Position numbers and translations under genes: made by a program
Notes under the pieces: model-generated
Seen by the model: the letters and a program-made list of their open reading frames with translations, nothing else
Told to the model about the DNA's origin: nothing
Database searches by the model: none
In this document: positions 48,716 through 58,122 of the stretch, in pieces
Layout of the letters: each line of letters begins with the position of its first letter
How positions within the stretch are numbered: position 1 is the stretch's first letter
Origin: Chthoniobacter flavus
GTDB lineage: Bacteria > Verrucomicrobiota > Verrucomicrobiia > Chthoniobacterales > JACTMZ01
Direction: 5' to 3'
DNA: 64,000 nucleotides
NCBI GenBank assembly: GCA_945878135.1
Contig: CAMDUL010000003.1
Coordinates: forward strand, 5,972 to 69,971

Positions 48716-51679
48716 TCAGCCCTTTGCCTCCAAGTCGGCGAGCAGTCGCGCGGCGGCCTCGGGAATAACCGTGCCGGGGCCGAAAATCTCGGCCGCGCCG
48801 TTCTGGTGGAGGAATTCGTAGTCTTGGTGCGGGATGACCCCCCCGATCACGACCAGAATATCCGGACGACCGAGTTTCTTCAGCTCGGCGACCAACTGCG
48901 GCAGGAGCGTTTTGTGTCCGGCCGCCAGCGAACTGAAGCCGACAATGTGCACGTCGTTTTCCACCGCCTGCTTGGCTGTTTCCTCGGGTGTCTGGAAAAG
49001 CGGACCGATATCGACGTCGAACCCGAGGTCGGCGAAGGCGGTGGAAACCACCTTCGCCCCGCGGTCGTGTCCGTCCTGACCGATCTTGGCCACGAGCATG
49101 CGGGGACGGCGTCCGTGACGTTTCTCGAAGTCCGCGCTCATGCGCCGCACCTCGGCGATCTGTTTGTTTTCGCCGAACTCGCGGCCGTAAACACCGGAAA
49201 TGGATCGGACCACGGCCATGTGGCGACCATACACTTTTTCCATCGCGTCGGAAATCTCCCCGAGTGTGGCGCGGGCGCGGGCGGCCTCCACGGCAAGGGC
49301 CAGGAGGTTCCCCCGGCCGCTCTCCGCTGCCTTGGTCATGGCCCCGAGGGCCGCGGTCACCTTGGCATTGTCGCGTTCGGCGCGGAGCTTCTTCAACTGC
49401 GCGACCTGCTCTTCGCGGACCGCGGTGTTGTCGACCTCGAGAATGTCGAGCGGAGCTTCTTCGGACAAACGGTATTTGTTCACCCCGACGATGGTCTCGT
49501 GTCCGGAATCAATGCGGGCTTGGCGCCGCGCCGCGGCTTCCTCGATGCGCATCTTGGGCAATCCAGTGTTGATCGCCTTGGCCATGCCGCCGAGTTTCTC
49601 CACCTCGACGAGATGCGACCACGCGCGTTCCATCAGGTCGCGGGTCAGGCTTTCCACGTAATACGACCCGCCCCACGGGTCGACCGTGCGGCAGATGCCG
49701 GTCTCTTTCTGCAGGAAGATCTGCGTGTTGCGCGCGATGGCGGCGGAGAAATCGGTGGGCAGGGCGATGGCCTCGTCGAGCGAATTGGTGTGCAGGGACT
49801 GCGTCCCGCCGAAGACCGCAGCCATGGCCTCCACGCACGTGCGCACCACGTTGTTGTAGGGGTCCTGCTCGGTCAGGCTCCAACCGGAGGTCTGCGAGTG
49901 GGTGCGGAGGGCCAGCGATTTCGGATCCTTCGCCCCGAGACCGCTCATCAGCTTGGCCCATAGCACGCGCGCGGCCCGCATCTTGGCGATCTCCATGAAA
50001 AGGTTTTTCCCCTGGGCCCAGAAGAACGAGATGCGCGGGGCAAAGGTGTCGATCGGGATGCCGGCCGCCACGCCCGTGCGCACGTATTCGACCCCGTCGG
50101 CCAGCGTGTAGCCGATTTCCAGATCGGCCGGCGCACCGGCCTCGTGCATATGGTAACCGGAAACGCTGATGCTGTTGAACTTCGGCATCATCTTCGAGGT
50201 GTAGGCGAAAATGTCGGCCACGATGCGCATCGACGCCTCGGGCGGGTAAATGTAGGTGTTCCGCACCATGTATTCCTTGAGGATGTCGTTCTGGATCGTG
50301 CCGGTCAGCTTTTCCGGAGGCACCCCCTGCTCCTCGGCGGCCGCGATGTAGAAGGCCATGATCGGAATGACGGCGCCGTTCATCGTCATGGAGACCGACA
50401 TTTTGTCGAGCGGGATGCCATCGAAGAGCATCTTCATGTCGAGGACGGAGTCGACAGCCACCCCCGCCTTGCCCACGTCGCCGACCACCCGCGGGTGGTC
50501 GGAGTCGTATCCGCGATGGGTGGCGAGGTCGAAGGCCACGCTCAGTCCCATCTGGCCCGCGGCGAGGTTGCGGCGATAGAAAGCATTGCTCTCGCGGGCG
50601 GTGGAAAAACCCGCGTATTGGCGGATGGTCCACGGACGGACGACATACATCGTGGGATAGGGTCCGCGCAGAAACGGGGCGATACCGGCGGTGAAACCGA
50701 GTTGCGGGCAATCCGTGCGATCGGACGGCCCGTAGAACGGTTTGACCGCGATATGTTCCATCGTTTCCCCGGACGGCGCCCCGCCGCGCGCCGCAGCAGG
50801 GCCGGCAACCGGTTCAGGCGCCCCGGCCGCATCCCCCAGTCCGGACCGCGCTTTTTCCCAGGCAGCTTCGCCGATCTCTTTGCTCAAGGATTCGACAAAC
50901 CACGAACCCCCGCCCGCATCAGCCACGCCGGCGAGAAGGCATTCCTCCCGGAAGATGCGTTGCGTGTTGACGGCCAAACGTCGCGAAAACTCGGTCTTTC
51001 CGCCGTCGAACGGAAGCACGGTCAAGCTGTCGCAACCGCCGAGCACCGCCCCGCAGGCGGCCACCGTGTAGCGAAGAATGTTGGTGTGCGGATCCTCCCC
51101 CTCACGAACGCAGGGCGGAGTGGTCGCGTGGATGGTCATCCGCGCCGAGGCTGGCGATCCGCCCAGCGCGGAGACGAGACGCGACCAACCGTGCCGCGCG
51201 GCGCGGAGCTTCGCCATGATGACAAAAAACTCGCCGGCCGCGGCGAAGGTGAAACGGATTCGTCCGGCCGCCTCGTCAATCGTATGACCGGCGGCTTGGA
51301 GCGAGTGCAGGGCCTCGAGACCGCGGGTCCAAGCGAAAGCCACCTCTGCCGCGGCGCCATCGGCGGCGTGCACGGAAGCATCGACCCGCACTCCCCCCTC
51401 GGGCAAAGGAGGTTCCCCCTCCGCTATGGTGATCCAGTCGGCCAGCGCTTTGCCGCCGCGCAGGAAGGGAAAGACGCCGGGATCGGCCTCGCCGCCGGAC
51501 AAGATCGCAGAGTTTTCGCCGGTGTAGATCGGCCCGACTGCCAGACCATCCTGCGTCTCGGAGTCGAGACCGGCCAGGGGCTTGCCCTTCAATGCGGCTT
51601 CGGCCGCGATACGCCAATCGGCGAGGGACGAGGGCGGAAAATCGGACAGATCAAGTTTCTCCGCAAAGAGCTGGCTCAT
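48716..51679 (-). CDS. scpA: Methylmalonyl-CoA mutase with fused degenerate small-subunit (MutA-like) N-terminal module
   Basis: From about aa 300: [17 protein letters not shown] (Tyr specificity residue), [19 protein letters not shown] (B12 DxHxxG); aa 1-290 resemble a shortened MutA. Confidence 0.9.
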   Translation of the reverse strand: MSQLFAEKLDLSDFPPSSLADWRIAAEAALKGKPLAGLDSETQDGLAVGPIYTGENSAILSGGEADPGVFPFLRGGKALADWITIAEGEPPLPEGGVRVDASVHAADGAAAEVAFAWTRGLEALHSLQAAGHTIDEAAGRIRFTFAAAGEFFVIMAKLRAARHGWSRLVSALGGSPASARMTIHATTPPCVREGEDPHTNILRYTVAACGAVLGGCDSLTVLPFDGGKTEFSRRLAVNTQRIFREECLLAGVADAGGGSWFVESLSKEIGEAAWEKARSGLGDAAGAPEPVAGPAAARGGAPSGETMEHIAVKPFYGPSDRTDCPQLGFTAGIAPFLRGPYPTMYVVRPWTIRQYAGFSTARESNAFYRRNLAAGQMGLSVAFDLATHRGYDSDHPRVVGDVGKAGVAVDSVLDMKMLFDGIPLDKMSVSMTMNGAVIPIMAFYIAAAEEQGVPPEKLTGTIQNDILKEYMVRNTYIYPPEASMRIVADIFAYTSKMMPKFNSISVSGYHMHEAGAPADLEIGYTLADGVEYVRTGVAAGIPIDTFAPRISFFWAQGKNLFMEIAKMRAARVLWAKLMSGLGAKDPKSLALRTHSQTSGWSLTEQDPYNNVVRTCVEAMAAVFGGTQSLHTNSLDEAIALPTDFSAAIARNTQIFLQKETGICRTVDPWGGSYYVESLTRDLMERAWSHLVEVEKLGGMAKAINTGLPKMRIEEAAARRQARIDSGHETIVGVNKYRLSEEAPLDILEVDNTAVREEQVAQLKKLRAERDNAKVTAALGAMTKAAESGRGNLLALAVEAARARATLGEISDAMEKVYGRHMAVVRSISGVYGREFGENKQIAEVRRMSADFEKRHGRRPRMLVAKIGQDGHDRGAKVVSTAFADLGFDVDIGPLFQTPEETAKQAVENDVHIVGFSSLAAGHKTLLPQLVAELKKLGRPDILVVIGGVIPHQDYEFLHQNGAAEIFGPGTVIPEAAARLLADLEAKG

Positions 51680-53142
51680 CCGCCCACCTCCTCGACTTCC
51701 ACCGTGTGCTCTTTTCCTTCGATGTGCATGAGGTATTTTTTCGGACGCGAACCGGACTTCGGGGCAGGCGGGGCGGCGGGGGCAGCGGCCGGCGCAGCAG
51801 CCGGCTTTTCACCGCGCAAAAGCTTCTCGGTCTCAACCGGAAACATGGCGAATAGCACCGCCGTCTCATCGTCGTCCGGCAGATCCTTCTCCCGGAGTTT
51901 GCCGCGCAAGGCGGGCAGCCCCGGCACGAGCAGATCGGCCGGACGCACCGTGACAGCCTTTTTGCCGCTTTGCTTTTCGACCAGCGCGAGAAGGTCACGG
52001 TCCACCGGCCCGGGTGTCTTCCCGTATTTCCCGAGGACCACGTCCTGCGCCGGCTGCGAAATCATCTTCCAGCGTCCGAATTTCACGTTGAGCATGGCCT
52101 GCGTCCCGACGATCTGGGAAGTCGGCGTGACCAGCGGGATGTAACCGAGCGCGGCGCGCACGACAGGCATTTCCTTGAGAACTTCGTCATAGCGCTCGGC
52201 CATTCCCTGCTCCTTGAGCTGGTTGCGGAAGTTGCTCAGCATGCCGCCCGGCACCTGGTAGGTCAGGATGTCGACATCGACCCGCTCGTTGGCCGGACTG
52301 GTGAAGGCCTTCAAGTCCGCATAAACCTTCTCGAAATGGGCCCGCAGGCGCGCGAGGCGTTCGCGATCGTAATCCGGACAGCGCGGATGCCCCGCAAGCA
52401 GGGCCATCATGCGCAAGGTGTCCGGTTGCGACGTGCCGTTGGCGAAAGGGACAACCGACGTTTCGACCACATCAACCCCGGCCTCGACCGCGGCAAGATA
52501 CGAGGAGGCCGCCAGGCCCGCGGTGTCATGGCTGTGCAGGATGACGGGGACACTGACGCGCTTTTTCAGCGCGGAGACCAGATCGTAGGCGATCTTCGGC
52601 GTGATGAGACCGGCCATGTCCTTGATGCTGACCGACTGGCAACCGAGGTCGACGAGGTCTTCGCCGAATTCGACAAAGGCCTCGACGGTGTGGACCGGAC
52701 TGATCGTGTAGCAAATCTCTCCCCGCGCGTGCTTGCCGGAGGCCAGCGTGGTGCGGATGGCCGTCTCCAGGTTGCGCGGATCGTTGAGCGCGTCGAAGAT
52801 GCGCAGCACATCCATCCCGCGGCCGGCCGTGCAACGGATGAAGGTCTCGACGACATCATCGGGAAAACTCGTGTATTGCACGATGTTCTGACCCCGGAGC
52901 AGCATGCCGTGCGGCGTTTCCGGGGCGCCTTTTTTCAGTGCGGTGATGCGCTCGAAAGGATTTTCGCCGAGGTAGCGCAGGCAGGAATCGATGGTGGCCC
53001 CGCCCCACGTCTCGAGTTGGTAAAAGCCCAAGGCGTCAAGATCCGCCAAAGCGGGGAGCATCTGCGCAGTCCGCATGCGCGTGGCGGCGAGGGACTGGTG
53101 TCCGTCGCGGAGCACCGTGTTGGTGAACTCGACGCGCTTCAT
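51676..53142 (-). CDS. Pyruvate/oxaloacetate carboxyltransferase (transcarboxylase 5S / OadA-like) lacking a biotinyl domain
   Basis: [38 protein letters not shown] and [11 protein letters not shown]; no AMKM motif. Confidence 0.85.
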   Translation of the reverse strand: MKRVEFTNTVLRDGHQSLAATRMRTAQMLPALADLDALGFYQLETWGGATIDSCLRYLGENPFERITALKKGAPETPHGMLLRGQNIVQYTSFPDDVVETFIRCTAGRGMDVLRIFDALNDPRNLETAIRTTLASGKHARGEICYTISPVHTVEAFVEFGEDLVDLGCQSVSIKDMAGLITPKIAYDLVSALKKRVSVPVILHSHDTAGLAASSYLAAVEAGVDVVETSVVPFANGTSQPDTLRMMALLAGHPRCPDYDRERLARLRAHFEKVYADLKAFTSPANERVDVDILTYQVPGGMLSNFRNQLKEQGMAERYDEVLKEMPVVRAALGYIPLVTPTSQIVGTQAMLNVKFGRWKMISQPAQDVVLGKYGKTPGPVDRDLLALVEKQSGKKAVTVRPADLLVPGLPALRGKLREKDLPDDDETAVLFAMFPVETEKLLRGEKPAAAPAAAPAAPPAPKSGSRPKKYLMHIEGKEHTVEVEEVGG

Positions 53143-53241
53143 TAGCCGTGCTAATAGTTAGCATGCAAGCCGGGCCGACGGCAAGTGAAACCGGTGCGGC
53201 CAATCTTCCCAGCGGGCGCTGTCACACGCTAGGTTACGGTC

Positions 53242-53463
53242 GTGAATCCAGACCAAGCCGCGGCCGATTGGGAGAAGTTGCGCACCTGGACCATGCCCTT
53301 CGGCCGCTACCGGGGGCGCGCGCTCCATGCGTTGCCGGCCGAGTATCTTTGCTGGTTCGAACTCAAGGGATGGCCGTCGGGCGACCTCGGACGTCTCCTG
53401 CAAATCGTGCTCGAGGCCAAACGCCAGGGTGCCGATCACGCGTTCGACAGTCTGCGCCGTTGA
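53242..53463 (+). CDS. DUF3820-like small protein
   Basis: MPFGRYRGR.L..LP.EYL.WF..KGWP.G.LG.LL pattern. Confidence 0.8.
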   Translation: MNPDQAAADWEKLRTWTMPFGRYRGRALHALPAEYLCWFELKGWPSGDLGRLLQIVLEAKRQGADHAFDSLRR

Positions 53464-53524
53464 GAACCGGGGGGATGCGGAAACCGGATTTGCCTCCGGA
53501 CGGAGCCCGTTTTACAGTGATGCG

Positions 53525-53665
53525 ATGAGAGCCCTGCTGCTGATTTTCGCCCTCCTCGTTGCCGCCCTGACTCCGGTCCGGGCCCAATGCAAAGACTGCG
53601 GTTGCCGAGCGAAGTGCTCGCCGACCTGCCAGTGCAAGGACGAGGAGAAGACAAAAGCGCCGTGA
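53525..53665 (+). CDS. Small secreted Cys-rich peptide (46 aa)
   Basis: MRALLLIFALLVAALTPVRA (signal peptide with AxA-like site) followed by QCKDCGCRAKCSPTCQCKDEEKTKAP; stop overlaps the next GTG. Confidence 0.65.
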   Translation: MRALLLIFALLVAALTPVRAQCKDCGCRAKCSPTCQCKDEEKTKAP

Positions 53666-53886
53666 ATTCCCTCGACCCGCGGGCCAAACGCTTCCGCGCG
53701 GCCGACAAATGCCTCCAGCAGGCGAAACTGGCCCTGCAAGGCGCGCAGATCGCCCTGGCCGACCTGCCCGGCTCGCGGCACTCCGCACTTTCAGCGGCGC
53801 TGGAATCGATCGATAATGCCGCACGCGAAATCGGCAATGCCGCCGCATCGCTCGATGACGCACGTTTGGAATCAACGGAGGAATAA
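53662..53886 (+). CDS. Small helical hypothetical protein
   Basis: GTG start overlapping the previous stop; ends 3 nt before gnd. Confidence 0.55.
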   Translation: MNSLDPRAKRFRAADKCLQQAKLALQGAQIALADLPGSRHSALSAALESIDNAAREIGNAAASLDDARLESTEE

Positions 53887-53889
53887 CCC

Positions 53890-54903
53890 ATGCAACTCGG
53901 AATGATCGGACTCGGCCGGATGGGCGCCAATATCGTGCGGCGCCTCATGCGGGAAGGACACACCTGTGTCGTTTATGACACCCACCCGGATGCGGTCGCC
54001 GCGCTGGTCAAAGAGGGCGCCACCGGTGCCTCATCGCCGGAGGAGTTCGCAGCCAAGCTGGAAAGACCGCGCGCCGCCTGGATCATGGTCCCCGCCGCGG
54101 TGACGGACAAAGTCATCCAGTCCCTCCTGCCCCATTTCGAAAAGGACGACATCATCATCGACGGAGGAAATTCCTACTTCCGCGACGACCGGCGGAGGGC
54201 CAAGGAGTTGCACCCGCGGGGCATCCACTACATCGACTGCGGCACCAGCGGCGGCGTATGGGGCCTCGAACGCGGCTACTGCCTGATGATCGGCGGCGAA
54301 AAGGGACCGGTGCAGCACCTCGATCCGATCTTCAAAACCATCGCCCCCGGACGCGGCGACCAGCCCCGCACTCCGGGTCGCGAGGCCGCCGGCGGCACGA
54401 GCGAAGACGGCTACCTGCATTGCGGACCGGCCGGCGCCGGGCATTTTGTCAAAATGGTCCACAACGGGGTGGAATACGGCATGATGGCCGCGCTGGCCGA
54501 GGGCTTCGACATCCTGAAAAACGCCGATGTGGATTCGCGTCCGGTCTCCCACGATGCCGAGACGGCGCCCCGCATGGGGAACGACCTCGACTACCACCTC
54601 CCCATCGGCGAGATCGCCGAACTCTGGCGCCGCGGCAGCGTGGTGCAGTGCTGGTTGCTCGACCTGATCGCCGTTTCCATGGTCGACGACCCGGAGTTGA
54701 AGAAATTCTCCGGACGCGTCTCCGACTCCGGCGAGGGACGCTGGACGATCATGGCCGCCATCGAGGAAGGCGTCCCCGCCGACGTTCTCAGCGCCGCGCT
54801 CTACGCGCGCTTCCGTTCGCAGGAGCCGGCATTCTCCGACAAGGTCTGCTCCGCCATGCGCTACCAGTTCGGCGGACACCTCGAGAAGGCGGCCGGCGGG
54901 TGA
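53890..54903 (+). CDS. gnd: 6-phosphogluconate dehydrogenase (decarboxylating), short form
   Basis: [31 protein letters not shown] and SDSGEGRW. Confidence 0.95.
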   Translation: MQLGMIGLGRMGANIVRRLMREGHTCVVYDTHPDAVAALVKEGATGASSPEEFAAKLERPRAAWIMVPAAVTDKVIQSLLPHFEKDDIIIDGGNSYFRDDRRRAKELHPRGIHYIDCGTSGGVWGLERGYCLMIGGEKGPVQHLDPIFKTIAPGRGDQPRTPGREAAGGTSEDGYLHCGPAGAGHFVKMVHNGVEYGMMAALAEGFDILKNADVDSRPVSHDAETAPRMGNDLDYHLPIGEIAELWRRGSVVQCWLLDLIAVSMVDDPELKKFSGRVSDSGEGRWTIMAAIEEGVPADVLSAALYARFRSQEPAFSDKVCSAMRYQFGGHLEKAAGG

Positions 54904-54909
54904 GCACTT

Positions 54910-55476
54910 TCACTGGCCCGCGATCAATCCGTTGACGAAGCGGATGGCCGGCCCGAGCAGCGGCAAGTGCTGGTAGATGCCGGTGGCGGGGTTCCAAAAG
55001 TCCTGGTGCAGGACGATGCGACCTTCGTCGTCAAAGCGGAGTTGCGACACCCCCTCCGTGATGATCGGCCGGCCACCGGCCAGATTTTTCGCGCGGATCT
55101 CCATCGTCCAGCGCACATAGCAGTCGGAACCGGAGACGGCCACGTCGTTGATCTTCGCACTCACCGCCTCGGCACCCTCCGCGGTCTTGAGCAGGTATTT
55201 CTCGATGGCATCGATGCCGGCCTCGGTGGCAATGGTGTCGTTGAACCATGCCCCGGGCGCGTAGACCTTGCGCGCGTTGGCCGCGACGTTGGAGGGCGAA
55301 AGATCACCGTAGAGTCCGGCGAACCCTCCCACCGCCGTGCGGGCGGACTGCGAAGTGAGGACGACACCCGGCCGCGCGGCCAGCGCCTCGCGGTAGTCTT
55401 TGGTAAAATCGGTCGGGCCGCCGGAACAACCGGCGAGGATCATCGAAGCGGTCAGGGTCAGGACAGGAATCTTCAT
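54910..55476 (-). CDS. NTF2/SnoaL-like lipoprotein
   Basis: LAGC lipobox; YAPGAWFND, GVSQLRFDDEGRIVLHQDFW. Confidence 0.75.
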   Translation of the reverse strand: MKIPVLTLTASMILAGCSGGPTDFTKDYREALAARPGVVLTSQSARTAVGGFAGLYGDLSPSNVAANARKVYAPGAWFNDTIATEAGIDAIEKYLLKTAEGAEAVSAKINDVAVSGSDCYVRWTMEIRAKNLAGGRPIITEGVSQLRFDDEGRIVLHQDFWNPATGIYQHLPLLGPAIRFVNGLIAGQ

Positions 55477-56510
55477 GCCTCAGATTCGGGTCTGCGCGGT
55501 GCGCTGGCAACGGCTTCCTGCAGCATGCGGGTGAAACGCGGTTTCACCTGCGCGTAAAACGGATAGGTCTCTTCCGGTTCCGGCGGGCGGAAGCGCCAAT
55601 GCCGGTAGGCCCAGAGCCAGGCCTCCGGCTGACGCCGGACTTGGGGCTCGAAAAAGTCCCAGCATTTTTGCACGATCTCCTGTTCGGTCGCGTCGGCCGG
55701 AAAATAAAGCGGGTCGTGCGCGATGGTCCGGTAGCGTCCGTCCGGCAAGGGCACGCTTTCGATCGGGATGACGGGAAGCCCCGTGTGCTTCTGCAGCATG
55801 GCGTGAATTTTGGCGGCCGGACGCCAGCGGCCGAAGGAGCGCAGGGGCACGGACGGGTCGTTCGGATCAAGCTGCAGGTCGAAAAGAATACCGATATTCC
55901 CCCCCTTGCGCAGGTGCTTCAGGGTCACGAGCATGGAGCGTTCCTGCGAGATGATGCGGTGCCCGCTCAGGGCCCGCAGCCGGTCGAAGATGGGTCCGAG
56001 CAGCGGATTGCGGAACTGCTGTGTCACGATGCAGCCGGGCAGGCGCTCGAAGGCGCCGGCGATGCTCAGCCACTCGAAGTTTCCGTAGTGCAGGCAGACG
56101 AAAATTCCGCCCTTGTGCTCTTGGTTGAGGGCACGCGCTTGCTCCCAGCCTTCCATCACCATGTATCGGTCGTAGTTTTCCGCGGTGAAGTTGGACGCCC
56201 AGAACAGTTCGAGCATGGTGCGCGCGAAATGGACCACGGAACGGCGGGCGATGCCGCGGATTTCCCCCGGGCTTTTCTCGCGGCCGAAAACCATCTCCAG
56301 GTTGGCCACGGCCACCTCACGGCTGCGGCGGTCGAGGTAAAAAGCGGCCGTCCCGAGGATCCCGGCCAGCCATCGCACCAGCGGCAAAGGCAGGAGCGGA
56401 ACCAAACGTGAAACGATCCAGAGCCCCGCAAATTCCAAGCGATACCTCACCCGCCGCCACCAAGGCAGCTCGGGCCACGGCGTAAGGGTCTGGCCGACGG
56501 CTTCAGGCAT
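55473..56510 (-). CDS. Lipid A biosynthesis acyltransferase (LpxL/HtrB family)
   Basis: HYGNFE (HX4E/D), LFDLQ and AWLWAYRHWR; start reassigned to 56510. Confidence 0.85.
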   Translation of the reverse strand: MPEAVGQTLTPWPELPWWRRVRYRLEFAGLWIVSRLVPLLPLPLVRWLAGILGTAAFYLDRRSREVAVANLEMVFGREKSPGEIRGIARRSVVHFARTMLELFWASNFTAENYDRYMVMEGWEQARALNQEHKGGIFVCLHYGNFEWLSIAGAFERLPGCIVTQQFRNPLLGPIFDRLRALSGHRIISQERSMLVTLKHLRKGGNIGILFDLQLDPNDPSVPLRSFGRWRPAAKIHAMLQKHTGLPVIPIESVPLPDGRYRTIAHDPLYFPADATEQEIVQKCWDFFEPQVRRQPEAWLWAYRHWRFRPPEPEETYPFYAQVKPRFTRMLQEAVASAPRRPESEA

Positions 56511-58056
56511 TGCTCTCGGCGTCGAGGCGCGGGAAGACCGGCGTGGGCTCCCCGAGTTGGTGACCGGCGGCCAGCACTCCCCACGCCACGGACAAATTCC
56601 CCGCGAAGCCGAGTTGAGCGAGCAGCTGGTCCGAAGATTTCGGGATGACGGGATGAGCCAAAGCAGCCGCCAGACGCGAGGCTTCGACCAGCACGGCCAG
56701 CACTTCGTCGAGGCGCGCGGACTGCGCCGGATCCTTGGCCAGTTTCCACGGTGCGGAACTCTCCACGAACCCGTTGGCCGCGGCGATGAGCTCCCACGCG
56801 GCCTCCAGCGCGATGTGGACTTGGTAGCTGTCCATCGCGATGTCGAAACGCCGCGCCGCCTCGGTGCCGAGCGTTTCCAGCGCCACGGCGTCTTCGGACT
56901 TGTCGGCCGGCGCGGCGGCCAGCGTTCCCCCGCGGTAGCGGCGCCCCATGCTGACCGTGCGGTTGACCAGGTTTCCGAGGTCGTTGGCGAGGTCGGCATG
57001 GTAACGGGCACGCAGACGCTCCTCGTTGAAGTCGGCGTCCTGCCCGGTGGCGATGTCGCGCATCAAGTAGTAACGCAGCGCTTCCGCCCCGTAGCGGTCG
57101 GCCAGCGCATCGGGATCGACCGCATTGCCCGCGCTCTTGCTCACTTTGGCCCCGCCGAGATTCCACCAACCGTGAACGAGAAGTTTCGGCATCGCCTCGA
57201 CGCCGGACGCTTTGAGCATGATGGGCCAGTAAATCCCGTGCGCCGGCACAAGGATGTCTTTGCCGATGACGTGCGCATCGCACGGCCAGAGGCCGGCGAA
57301 ATCGGGAAGCGATGAACCGTCCTTCGCGCGATAGCCGGCGAAAGTGGCATAGTTCATCAGGGCGTCGAACCAGACATAAGTGACGTAATCGCGGTCGAAA
57401 GGCAGTTCGATGCCCCAGCCGAGACGCGACTTCGGACGCGAAATGCAGAGGTCGCCGGCCTCTTTGGCCACGGCATTGGCCAGCTCGTTGCCGCGGAAAG
57501 CCGGGTAGACAAAGTCCGGATGGGTCGCGATGTGTTCCGCGAGCCACGGGCGGTATTTCGACAGCCGGAAATACCAGTTCTCCTCCTCGATGAAGACAAC
57601 CTCGCCCCACTCCGGGCCGAACTCGCCCTGCTCGTTGCGCTCTTTGTCCGTGAGGAACTGTTCCTGCCGCACACTGTAGTGCCCGCTGTGCCGAGCTTTG
57701 TAGAGATCGCCCTGGTCATGCAGGTGCTGCAGCACCTCCTGCACGGCGGCGATGTGGCGCGGGTCGGTTGTCTCGGCCCAACCGTCGTAGTCGACGGCCA
57801 GCTTTGCCCAAAGCGCCTTGAACCGGGCGGTGATATCCCGCGCGAACTCCGCCGGAGCCACGCCCGCTTTTTCGGCCGACTGCTGCACCTTCTGCCCGTG
57901 CTGGTCCACACCCGTGAGAAAAAATACCGGCCGTCCGCGCTCGCGATGCCAGCGGGTGATCACATCGGCCAGGACTTTCTCGTAAGCATGCCCGATGTGC
58001 GGCGGCGCATTCGTGTAATCGATCGCCGTGGTGATAAAAAATGGTTTGGCGGGCAT
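56503..58056 (-). CDS. metG: Methionine--tRNA ligase (short form)
   Basis: TTAIDYTNAPPHIGH, YVWFDAL, IGKDI, KVSKS and LANDLGNL. Confidence 0.95.
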   Translation of the reverse strand: MPAKPFFITTAIDYTNAPPHIGHAYEKVLADVITRWHRERGRPVFFLTGVDQHGQKVQQSAEKAGVAPAEFARDITARFKALWAKLAVDYDGWAETTDPRHIAAVQEVLQHLHDQGDLYKARHSGHYSVRQEQFLTDKERNEQGEFGPEWGEVVFIEEENWYFRLSKYRPWLAEHIATHPDFVYPAFRGNELANAVAKEAGDLCISRPKSRLGWGIELPFDRDYVTYVWFDALMNYATFAGYRAKDGSSLPDFAGLWPCDAHVIGKDILVPAHGIYWPIMLKASGVEAMPKLLVHGWWNLGGAKVSKSAGNAVDPDALADRYGAEALRYYLMRDIATGQDADFNEERLRARYHADLANDLGNLVNRTVSMGRRYRGGTLAAAPADKSEDAVALETLGTEAARRFDIAMDSYQVHIALEAAWELIAAANGFVESSAPWKLAKDPAQSARLDEVLAVLVEASRLAAALAHPVIPKSSDQLLAQLGFAGNLSVAWGVLAAGHQLGEPTPVFPRLDAESNA

Positions 58057-58122
58057 CAGTCGTTCATCAAAGCCGCCCCGCGCCCCCGACCCAACGCCAA
58101 AATGACGCGGCGGCGGCCGCGT

